Shown piece after piece: positions 35,256-46,494 of a DNA stretch of 46,494 bases. The first letter of the stretch is position 1. Each line of letters opens with the position of its first letter. This stretch comes from Chiloscyllium plagiosum. Lineage: Eukaryota. The DNA lies in the NCBI RefSeq assembly GCF_004010195.1, contig NW_025214699.1:1-46494 (forward strand), read 5' to 3'. The position numbers and the translations under genes are program-made. The notes beneath the pieces are model-generated. The model saw only the letters and a list, made by a program, of their open reading frames with translations. It searched no databases and was not told where the DNA came from.

Positions 35256-38036
35256 CTCAGCCCTCTACTGTACTCCTGTACACCTACGGCTGTGCCCTCA
35301 GACACTGCTCTAATCCCTGTACACGCACAGCTATGCCCTCAGCCCCCTAAGGTACACCGCGTACCCACTCAGCTGTGTCCTCAGCCCCCTACTGTATCCA
35401 TTGTGCACCGACAGCTGTGTCCTCAGCCCTCTACTCTACTCCCTGTGCACCAACAGCTGTGTCCTCAGCCACCGACCCTACGCCCTGTACACTCACAGCT
35501 GCGTCTTCAGCCCCCTACTGTATTCTCATTACACACTCGGCTGTGCCCTCAGACCCTACCCTATTCTACTCCCCGTACACCCACAGCAGTGCCCTCAGCC
35601 CCTACCCAACTCCCAGTACACTCAAGGCTGTGCCCGCAGCCCCTACTCTACTCTCTGTATACCCACAGCTGAGCACTCAGCCCACAACTCTACTCCATGA
35701 TTACCCACAACTGGGCTCTCAGCCCTCTACTGTACTCCTGTACACGCACAGCTGTGCCCTCAGCCCCCTATTCTAATTCCTGTACACACACAGCTGTGTC
35801 CTCAGACCCCTACCCTACTCGCTGTGCACCCACAGCTGTGTCCTCAGACCCTGTTCTACGCCCTGTACACCGACAGATGTGTTCTCAGCCCCCTACTGTA
35901 CACCCTGTACAACGACAGCTGTGTTCTCAACGCCATACAGTTCTCCCCGTACTCCGACAGCTGTGTTCTCCGCCCCTACTGTACTCCCTGTACACTGACA
36001 GCTGTGTCCTCAGCCCCTACTGTACTCGCAATACACCTACAGCTGTGTCCTCAGACTCTGCTCTACTCCGTGTACCCTGACAGCTGTGTCCTCAGCACCC
36101 TACTGTATTCCCTGCACACCTACAGCAGTGTCCTCAGCCCCATTCTGTACTCCCCATACACCCACAGCTGTGCACTCAGCCCCCTATTGTATTCCCCGTG
36201 CACGCATGGCTGTGCCCTCAGCCCCCTACCCAACTCCTTGTACACTCACAGCTGTGTCCACAGCCCAATACTCTAATCCCTGTACACCCACAGCTGTGTC
36301 CTGAGCTCCCTACTGTACTCCTGCACACTCATGGCTGTGTCCTCAGTCCTATAGCGTTTCCCCTGTGCACACACAACTGTGTCCTCAGCCACCTAATCTA
36401 CTCCCTGGACACCGACAGCTGTGTCCTCTGCCCCCTACTGTACTCCCTGTACACCAACAGCTGTGTCCTCAGCCCCCTACTGTACTCCTTGTATACCTAC
36501 AGCTGTGTCCTCAGCCCCATACTGTACTCCCCATTACACACACGGCTGTGCCTTTAGCCCCTCACTGCACTCCCTGTACACCCACAGCTGTGTTTTCAGA
36601 CACTGCTCTAAACCCTGTACACCTCGGCGCTGCCCTCAGCACCCTACCGTATTCCTGTACACCCATGGCAGCGACCTCAGCCACTTACCCATCTCCCAGT
36701 ACACACATGGCAGTGCCCTCAGCCCCCTACGGTACTCCCTGTACACCTAGAACTGAGCCCGCAGCCCCATACTCTACTTCATGTACACACACAGCTGTGT
36801 CCCCAGCCCCCTACTGTAGTCCTAGTACACTGACAGCTGTGTTCTCAGCCCCCTACTGTAGTCCCAGTACACTGGCAGCTGTGTCCTCAGCCCCCTACTG
36901 TACTCCCTGTACACCGACAGCTGTGTCCTCAGCCCCCTACTGTACTCCGGTACAACTACAGCTGTGTCCTCAGACCATGCTCTACTCCGTGTACACCCAC
37001 AGCTGTGTCCTCTGCCCAATAATCTAATCCATATAAACACACATGAATGCCCTCAGCCGCCTAAGGTACACCCCGTACACAAACAGCTGTGTCCTCAGTC
37101 CCCTAATGTACTCCTGTACACCTAAGTCTGGGTCCTCAGCCACCTACTCTACTCCCTGTACACCTACAGCTGTGCCCTCAGCTCCATACTGTATCCCTTG
37201 TACACCCACAGCTGAGTCCTCAGCCCCCTACTGTACACCTTGTACACCGACTGTTGCGTCCTCAAACCCATACTGTCCTCCCCATACACCCATGGCTGTA
37301 CCCTCAGCCCCCTACTGTATTACCTTGACACCCACAGCTGTGTCCTCAGACCTTGCTCTACTCCCTGTACACCTCGGCGCTGCCCTCAGCACCCTACTGA
37401 ATTCCCTGTACACCCACGGCAGTGCCCTCAGCCATTTACCGAACTCCCAGTACACACAAGGCTTGGCCCTCAGCCTCATACTGTACCTCTGTGCACCCAA
37501 GTCTGTGTCCTCAGCCCGCTAGTGTACTCCCTGTACACACACGGCTATGTGCTCAGCCCCTACTGTACTCACTGTACACTCCGGCTGTACCATCAGCCCC
37601 CTACAGTACTCCCTGTACAGCCACGCCTGTTCCCTCTGCCCCCTACTGTACTCCTGTACACCCAAGGCTATGTCCTCAGCCCTCTAGTGTACCCCCTCTA
37701 CACACACGGCTGTGTCCTCAGCCCCTACTGCACTCACTGTACACCCCAGCTGTTGCATCAGCCCCGTACTGTACTCCCTGTACACCCACAGTTGTATCTT
37801 CAGCTCCCTACTGTACTCCCTGCATATCCACAACTGTGTTCTATTCACCCTATTATACTCTGTACACCAAAGGCTGTGACATCAGCCCTCTACCGAACTC
37901 CTGTACACACACGGCTATGTGTGCCCCCTACAGAATGCCCTGTAACCCCGGCTGTGGCCTCAGCCCCCTACCACCCTCACCGTACACTCACGGCGGTGTC
38001 GGCAGCCCCTACTGTACTCCCTGTACATCCACAACT

Positions 38037-38525
38037 NNNNNNNNNNNNNNNNNNNNNNNNNNNNNNNNNNNNNNNNNNNNNNNNNNNNNNNNNNNNNNNN
38101 NNNNNNNNNNNNNNNNNNNNNNNNNNNNNNNNNNNNNNNNNNNNNNNNNNNNNNNNNNNNNNNNNNNNNNNNNNNNNNNNNNNNNNNNNNNNNNNNNNNN
38201 NNNNNNNNNNNNNNNNNNNNNNNNNNNNNNNNNNNNNNNNNNNNNNNNNNNNNNNNNNNNNNNNNNNNNNNNNNNNNNNNNNNNNNNNNNNNNNNNNNNN
38301 NNNNNNNNNNNNNNNNNNNNNNNNNNNNNNNNNNNNNNNNNNNNNNNNNNNNNNNNNNNNNNNNNNNNNNNNNNNNNNNNNNNNNNNNNNNNNNNNNNNN
38401 NNNNNNNNNNNNNNNNNNNNNNNNNNNNNNNNNNNNNNNNNNNNNNNNNNNNNNNNNNNNNNNNNNNNNNNNNNNNNNNNNNNNNNNNNNNNNNNNNNNN
38501 NNNNNNNNNNNNNNNNNNNNNNNNN
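38037..38525. other. Assembly gap (N run)
   Basis: Run of N. Confidence 0.99.
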
Positions 38526-40873
38526 CCCACAGGTACTGTACCCCAGTGTTATACAGGATTGTGTCGTCAACCCCCTACTGTAATCCTCGTCACCCTGGCA
38601 GTGCCCTCAGACCCCCTAATGTACACTCATGACTGTGCCCTCAGCCCCCTACTGTACTCCCTGTACACTCACAGATGCGTGCTCAGCCACCTACTGTACT
38701 CCCTGTACACCCACTGCTGTGTCTTTAGACCTCTACTGTACTCCCTGCATACTCACAGCTGTGACCACAGCCCACAAATGTACACCCGTACACCCACTGA
38801 TGTGTAATCAGCCCCCTACTGTACTTCCCGCACAAAAGGGGCTGAGTACTCAGGCCCCTACTGTACTTTCCGAACACACAGTGCTGTGCCATCAACGCCC
38901 TATTTTACTCCCAGTACACCCTGGCAGTGCTCCCAGCCCCCTAATGTACTACCTGTACACATATGGCGGTGTCCTCAGTCACATACTGTATTCCCTGTAC
39001 ACCCCAGCTGTTTCCTCCACCCCATGCGGTACTCCCCGTACACCCCGGTTGTGTCCTCAGCTTCCTACTGTACTCCCTGTACATCCACAACTGTGCCCTT
39101 CGCTCCCTACTTCACCGCCGGTAAAACCATGGCTGTGTCCCCAATCCCTCTACTGTACTCCCTGTAAACCCACGCTGTGTCCTCAGCCCCCTGCTGTACT
39201 CCCTGTACACTCACAGCTGTGCCCTCTGCTTCTACTGCACTCCTGGTACAACCACCGCTGTGTCCTCACACCCCCTCTACTGTACTCTCCGAACACACAG
39301 GGCTATGCCGTCAACCCCCTACTATACTCATCGAACACCCTGGCAGGGCCATCAGCCCCCTACTGTACTCCCTGAACACGCACAGCTGTGTCCTCAAGCA
39401 CCCAACTGTACTCCCAGTACACCCACTTCTGTGTCCTCAGCCCTCAACTGTACTCCCCGTACACACAGGGCTGTACTGTCCACCCCCTACGGTACGCCTC
39501 GTACACACTGCTTTGCCCTCAGCCCCCAACTATAATCTCTGTACACACAGGGCTGTGTGTCCTCAGCCCCCTACTGCACTCCCTGTACAGACAAAGCTGT
39601 GGTCTCAGCCACCGACTGAAATCCCCGTATACACATGGCTCTGTCCTCACCACTCCACTGCACTCCCTGTCCACCCAGCTGTACCCTCAGCCCCGTACTC
39701 TACTCGCTGTACACCGCGGCTGTGCCCTCAGCTCCCTTCTGAACTCTCTGTGCATCCACGGCTGTGGTTTCTGCCCACACTGTTCTCCCTGCCCATCTAC
39801 TCGCTGTACACCCACAGCTGTGTCCTCAGCCACCGACTGTACTCCCTGTATACACACAGCTGTGTCCTCAGTCCCCTACTGTACTCTACGTACACCCACG
39901 GCTGTGCCCTCAGCACCCTACTGTACTCCCCATACACCCACGACTGTGTGCCCAGCTACTTACTGTATTCCCTGTACACCCACGGCTCTGCCCTCAGGCA
40001 CCAACTCTATTCCGTGTACATGCTCACAGAACCCTACTGTACTCCTCATACACCACGGCTGTGTGCTCAGCCGCCGACACTACTCCCTGTACGCCCACAG
40101 TTGTGCACTCAGGCACCTCATTGCACTCCCTGTACATCCATGGCTGTTTACTCAGCCCCCTACTGTATTCGCTGTACACCCACAGCTGTTTCCTCTGCCC
40201 CCTACGTTACTCCCCATACACCCCAGCTGTGTCCTCAGCCTCCTACTGTACTCCCTGTATTTCTACAACTGTGCCCTTATCACCCTACTGGACTCCTGTA
40301 CACCAAAGGCTGTGTCCGCAGCCATCTACTGTACTCCTATAAACACACGGCTTTCGCCTCAGTACACGACCGTACACCCTGAAAAAACCCAGCTGTACTC
40401 TCAGCCCACGACTGTACTCACTGTACAACCACAACTGTGCCTTCAGCACCCTATACTGTACTCCCTGCACATCCACAACTGTCTCCTCATCCCCCTACTG
40501 AACTCCTGTACACCCAAGGCTGGGTCCTCAGCCCCCTACTGTACTCTCTGTACATCCAAGGCTGTGTCCTCAGCCCCCTACGGTTCTCCCTGTACATGCC
40601 AGCTGTGCCCTCAGCCACATATTAAAAACTCTGTACACCTCTGGCTGTGTCCTCAATCCCATAGTATACTCCCTACACCCACGGCTGTGCCTTCAGCCTC
40701 CTACGGCACCCCTTGTAAACCATGGCTGTGTCCTCATCCCCCTACTGTACTCCCTGTAAACTCACACTGTGTCCTCAGCCCCCTACTGTACTCCTGGTAC
40801 AACCACCGCTGTGTCCTCACCCCCCACTGTACTCCACTTACATCCATGGCTGTGCCCTCAGCACCCTACAGTA

Positions 40874-40999
40874 GATGATTAGATTAGATTACTTACAGTG
40901 TGGAAACAGGCCCTTCGGCCCAACAAGTCCACACCGACCCGCCGAAGCGCAACCCACCCATACCCCTACATTTACCCCTTTAACCTAACACTACGGGCA
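40874..40999 (-). mobile_element. 5'-truncated HE1 SINE (3' tail portion) inserted in the satellite
   Basis: tagattacttacagtgtggaaacagg cccttcggcccaacaagtccacaccgacccgccgaagc is nearly identical to 10956-11055. cagta occurs on both sides (40869-40873 and 40998-41002). Confidence 0.92.
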
Positions 41000-41844
41000 G
41001 TACTCCCCATACATCCACAGCTCTGCCCTCAGGCACCAACTCTACTCCGTGTACATGCTCACAGTACCCTACTATACTCCTCATACACCACGGCTGTGTC
41101 CTTAGTCCCCGACACTACTCCCTGTACGCCCACAGTTGTGCCCTCAGGCACCTACCGCACTCCCTGTACATCTACGGCTGTTCACTCAGTCCCCTGCTGT
41201 ATTCGCTGTACACCCAGAGCTGTTTCCTCCGCCCCCTACGGTATTCCCCGTGCAACCCAGCTGTGTCCTCAGCCTCCTACTGTACTCCCTGTACATCCAC
41301 AACTGTGTCCTCATCACCCTACTGGACTCCTGTACACCAAAGGCTGTGTCCGCAGCCATCTACTGTACAGCTATAAACACACGGCTTTTGCCTCAGTACA
41401 CGACAGTACACCCTGAAAAACTACAGCTGTACTCTCAGCCCACTACTGTACTCATCGTACAACCACAACTGTGCCTTCAGCACCCTATACTGTACTCCCT
41501 ATACATCCACAACTGTCTCCTCATCCCCCTACTGTACTCCTGTATACCTAAGGATGTGTCCTCAGCCCACTACTGTACTCCCTGTACCTGCAAGGCAGTG
41601 TCCTAAACCACCTACTGTTCTACCTGTACATGCCAGCTGTGCCCTCAGCCACATACTGAAAACTCTGTACACCCATGGCTGTGTCCTCAGTCCCATAGTG
41701 TACTCCCTACACCCATGGCTGTGCCTTCAGCCCCCAACTGCACTCGCTCTACTCCCCGGCTGTGTGCTCACCCCCATACTGTATTCCCTGTAAACCCATG
41801 GCTGTGTCCCTATCCCCCTACTGTAATCCTTGTACACTCACAGC

Positions 41845-41919
41845 NNNNNNNNNNNNNNNNNNNNNNNNNNNNNNNNNNNNNNNNNNNNNNNNNNNNNNNN
41901 NNNNNNNNNNNNNNNNNNN
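41845..41919. other. Assembly gap (N run)
   Basis: Run of N. Confidence 0.99.
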
Positions 41920-44900
41920 TCTCCTCCCCGAACACACAGGGCTCAGCCGTCAATCCTCTACTATACTCATCGTACACCTTGGCAGTACCCTCAGCCTCCG
42001 ACTGTACTCCCTGTACACCCACTGCTGTGTCTTAAGCCCCCACCTGTACTCCTCGTAAACACAGGGCTGTGCCGTCAATCCCCTACGGTACTCCTCATAC
42101 AACCTTCACTCCCGCCTGTAATCTCTGTACACATGGGGCTGTGTGTCCTCAGCCCCCTACTGCACTCCCTGGGCACTCAAAGCTATGCTCTCAGCCCCCT
42201 ACTGAAACTCCTGTATACTCACGGCTCTGTCCTCAGCCCTCCACTACACTCCCTCTATACCCCGGCTGTACCCTAAGCTCCGTACTGTGCTCCCTGTACA
42301 CTGCGGCTGTGCCCTCAGCCCCCTAGTGTACTCCCTGTACATCCACGCCCGTGTTTCCAGCCCCCTATTGTTCTCCCTGTATATCTACGTCTGTGCCCTC
42401 AGCCCCATACTCTACTCGCAGTCCACCACAGCTGTGTCCTCAGACCCCGACTGTTCTCCCTATATACACACTGCTGTATCCTCAGTCCCCTACTGTACTA
42501 CACGCATATCCACGGCTGTGCCCTCAGCCCCCCACTATACTCCCTGTACAGCCACGTCAGTGTCCTCAGCCCCATTGCACTGCCTGTGCACCAACAGCTC
42601 TGCCCTCAGCACCCTCCTGTACTCCCGATACACCCACAGCTGTGTGCTCAACCACCTACTGTACTCCCTGTACACCTACCGTTCTGCCCTCAGGCACCTA
42701 CTCTACTCCGTGTACACGCAGAGGTGTACACTCAGTACCCTACTGTACTCCTCATACACCCACGGCTGTGTCCTCAACCGCCTACATTATTTCCTGTACG
42801 CCCACAGTTGTGCCCTCAGGCACCTACTGCACTCTCTGCACACACACGGTTGTGTCCTCAGTCCCTACTGTACTCCCTGTACACCTACAGCTGTGCCCTC
42901 AGTCCCCTACTGTACCCCTTGCACACTCACAGCTGTGCTCTCAGCCTCCTACTGTACTCCCGGTACACCCACTGCTGTGTTATCAGCCCCCTACTGTACT
43001 CCCTGAACACACAGAGATGTGCCATCAACCCCTTACACTACTCCTCATACACCCTGGCTATGCCCTCAGCACCCTACTGTACTCCCTGTACACCTACGAC
43101 TGTGTCCTCAGCCACATACTATTCAACCCGTACACCCACAGCTGTTCACTCAGCCCCCTACTGCACTTCCTGTACACCCACAGCTGTTTCCTCCGCCCCC
43201 TACGGTACTCCCCTTACACCCCGGTTGCGTCCTCAGCCTCCTACTGCACGCCCTGTACATCCACAACTGTGTCCTCATCACCCTATTGCACTCTGTTCAC
43301 GAAAGGCTGTGTCCTCAGCCCTCTACTGTGTTCCTGTACAGACACAGCGCTTTCACCTCAGCATCCTACTGTAAACCCTGAAAACCCCAGTTGTACCCTC
43401 AGCACACTACTGTTCTCACTGTACACTCACAACTGTCCTGTCAGCACACTACTGTACTCACTGTACACCCACAGCTGGTCCCTCAGCACCCTACTATACT
43501 CCCTGTGCATCCACAACTGTGTCCTCATCCCCCTACTGTACTCCTGTACAAACCAAGCTATGTCCTCAGCCCCATACTGTACTCCCTGTACACCCTCGGC
43601 TGTCACCTCAGCCCCCTACTGCACTCCCTGTACAGCCAAGGCAGTGTCCTCAGCCCCCTACTGCACTTCATGTACAGCTACGGCTGTCCCCTCAGCCCCA
43701 TAGTGTATCCCTTGTACACCCACGGCTGTGTCCTCAGCCCTCTATTTACTCCCTGTACACTCACAGCTCTGCCCTCAGCCCCCAGCTGTACTCCCAGTAC
43801 ACCCACTGCTGTTTTCTCAGCCTCAACTATAGTCCCCGCACACACACGGCTGTGCCGTCAACCACATATGGTACTTCTCGTACACCCGCTTTGCCCTCAG
43901 CCCCCGACTGTGCTCCCTGTACATCCAAGGCTGTGCCCTCAGCTCCATATTCTACTCGCTGTACATCCACAGCTGTGTCCTCAGCCCCGACTGTACTCCC
44001 TGTACAGCGACGGCAGTGTCCTCCACCCCCTACTGAACTTCCTGTACAGCTACGGCTGTGCCCTTAGCCCCCATACTGTACCATTTGTACACCCACAGCT
44101 GTGTCCTCAGCACTCTACAGTACTCCAGTACAAACCAAGCTTTGTCCTCAACCCCCTACTGCACTCCCTGTACAGCCACGGCAGTGTCCTCAGCCCCCTA
44201 CTGCACTCCCTGTACAGCCACGGCAGTGTCCTCAGCCCCCTATTGCACTTCATATACAGCTACGGCTGTCCCCTCAGCCCCCATAGTGTATCCCTTGTAC
44301 ACCCACGGCTGTGTCCTCGCTATGTTCTCACCCCCCTACTGTACTCCCCGAACACACAAAGCTGTGCCGTCAAACCTGTACTGTACTTCTCATACACACT
44401 GGCAGTGCCCTCAGCTCCCTACTGTACTCCCTGCACACTCAAAGCTGTGTCCTCACCCCCAAACTGTACTCCCGGTACACACACTGCTGTGTCCTCAGCC
44501 CCCAGCCGTACTCCCCGTACTACACAGGCTGTGCAGTCAACTCCCACCTGTACTCCTCGTGCACTCTGCTTTGCCCTCAGCACCCGACTGTACTCCCCAT
44601 ACACCAACAGCTGTGTGCTCAGCCACCTACTACACTCTCTGTGTACCCACACGGCTGTACACACACGGCTGTGTCCTCAGCCCTCTACTGCACTCCCTGC
44701 CCTCTCCAGCTTTGCCCTCATCCCCCTACTGTGCTCCCTCTACATCCACGGCTGTGTTATCAGCCCCATACTGTACTCAAAATATTCCCCGGCTGTGTCC
44801 TCAAGCCCCTACTGTACTCCCCGTACTCCCATGGCTGTCACCTCAGCCCACTATTGTACTCCCTCTGCAGCCTCGGCAGTGACCTCAGCCCCCTACTGCA

Positions 44901-46494
44901 CTTCCTGTACAGCTACCGCTGGGCCCTCAGCCCCCATACTATACCCCTTGTACACCCACAGCTCTGCCCTCAGCACCCTACTGTACTCCCCATACACCAA
45001 CGGCTGTGTGCTCAGCCACCTACTACACTCCCTGTGTACCCACGGCTCTGTCATCAGGCAACGACTCTGCTTCCTGTCCAGACACGACTGTGCCCTCAGC
45101 CCGCTCCTCTATTCTGTGTGAACCTACAGCTGTGCCCTCAGCCCCCTACTGGATTCCCTGAAAATCCATGGCTGTGTCCTCAGCCCCCTACTGTACTCCC
45201 CGTACACTCACAGCTGTACCCTCTGCCCCGACTGTACTCCTGGTACAATTAGCGCTGTTTTCTCACCCCTCACTGTACTCCTCGAACACACAGGGCTGTG
45301 CCGTCAACCTCCTATTGTTCTCCTCGTACACCGTGGCAGTACCCTCAGCCCCCTACTGTACTCCCTGTAAACCCACGTCTGTGTCCTCAGCCCCCGACTG
45401 TACTCCACGTACACCCACGTCTGTGCCCTCACCCCTCTACCGAACTCCCTGTACAGTCATGGCAGTGTCCTTACTCCCCTACTGCAGTCCCAGTAGAGCC
45501 ATGATTGTGCCCTCACCCCTGTACTGTATCCCCTGTACACTCACGGCTGTATCCTCAGCCCTCGACTGTTCTCCCTGTACACCCACAGCTCTGCTCTCAG
45601 TACCCTACTGTACTTCCCATACACCCACGGCTGTGTGCTCGGCCACCTACTGTACTCCCTGTACACACACAGCTGTGTCCTAGGCCCCTACTGTACTCCC
45701 TGTTAACTCACAGCTGTGCCCTCAGCCGCCTACACTACACCCTGTACACCCACAGACGTGCCCTCAGTCCCCTACTGCACTGCCTGTACATGCACGACTG
45801 TGTCCTCAGCCCCTACTGTACTCCCTATTAACCCACAGCTGTGCCCTCAGCCGCCTACACTACACCCTGTACACCCACAGAAGTGCCCTCAGTCACCTAC
45901 TGCACTGTCTGTACACACATGGCTGTGTCCTCAGCTCCCTACTGTACTCCCTGCATACTCACAGATATGCCCTCAGCCCCCACCTGTGCTCTCCCCACAC
46001 ACTGGGCTCAGTCGTCAGCCCTCTACTGTACTTCCCAAACAGAGGGCTGTGCCATCAACTCCCTACTGTAATCCTCGTACACCCTGGCTGTGCCCTCATT
46101 CCCCTACTGTATTCCCTGTACACCTATAGTTGTGTCCTCGGTAACATGCTGTACTCTCCGTACACCCACAGCTGTTCACTCAACCCCCGACTGTATTCCC
46201 TGTACACCAACAGCTGTTTCCCCCGCCCCTTATGTTACTCCCCGTACACCCTGGCTGTGTCCTCAGCCTCCTACTGCCATCCCTGTACATCCACAACTGT
46301 GTCCTCATCACCCTACTGGACTCCTGTACACCAAAGGCTGTGTCCTCAGCCCTCTACCATACACTTGTACAAACACAGCTATGTCCTCAGCCCACTACTG
46401 CAATCATTGTACACCTCAGCTGAGTCCTCAGCCGCCGACTGTACACCATGTACACACAAAAGTTTGCCCTCAGCCCCCTACTGTATTCCCTCTA

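Larger units (their letters stand above)
21040..46494 (+). repeat. Tandem satellite/minisatellite array, ~42-bp unit (R)GCTGTGTCCTCAGCCCCCTACTGTACTCCCTGTACACCCAC, derived from Rex1 RT motif B'
   Basis: Continuous head-to-tail 41-42 bp units from 21040 to the window end (about 600 unit-lengths including gaps). The unit translates as GCVLSPLLYSLYTH. Kb-scale higher-order copies are visible. Confidence 0.97.

Noticed and set aside
21042..46423. Well over 100 overlapping Pro/Cys/Thr/Tyr-rich ORFs resembling mucin, extensin or keratin-associated proteins
   Set aside because: They are translations of a stop-free 42-bp repeat in all frames. Frames shift constantly through 41-bp units, several ORFs run through N gaps, and there is no signal peptide, unique domain or splice structure.
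21040..46494. CRISPR-like or diversity-generating cassette array next to a reverse transcriptase
   Set aside because: Units are head-to-tail with no unique spacers. The RT is a decayed eukaryotic Rex1 LINE fragment lacking its catalytic FADD region, and there are no cas or accessory genes.
21040..46494. C2H2 zinc-finger array (84-bp period)
   Set aside because: The period is 42 bp, and no frame gives the CxxC-x12-HxxxH spacing or TGEKP linkers.

Overview
Eukaryotic, repeat-dominated vertebrate DNA, very probably from a cartilaginous fish. This is inferred from HE1-type V-SINEs, CR1 LINEs with shark-type tails and a shark-type GPR139-like exon. No intact protein-coding gene is supported. The left half (1-21 kb) is a nested stack of decayed retroelements: several CR1 LINE fragments, a tRNA-headed CR1-group LINE and its SINE-like derivative, HE1 SINEs, three Penelope-like terminal fragments carrying minimal hammerhead-ribozyme cores, and a Rex1/Babar LINE RT fragment. 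It also holds two local tandem duplications (~0.6 kb and ~1.4 kb), an older diverged ~0.7 kb duplicated non-coding segment, and a stop-containing first exon of a GPR139/142-like GPCR on the minus strand. The right half (21040 to the window end, >25 kb with four N gaps) is a tandem array of a ~42-bp unit. That unit is the 14-codon RT motif-B' segment (GCVLSPLLYSLYTH) of the Rex1/Babar element that directly abuts the array, so the satellite appears still attached to its parent retrotransposon. The array shows kb-scale higher-order repeats, CpG-decay variants and one HE1 insertion. The many ORFs called in the array are artefacts of a stop-free unit. All family names come from motif recognition by eye, not database searches, and TE boundaries are approximate.
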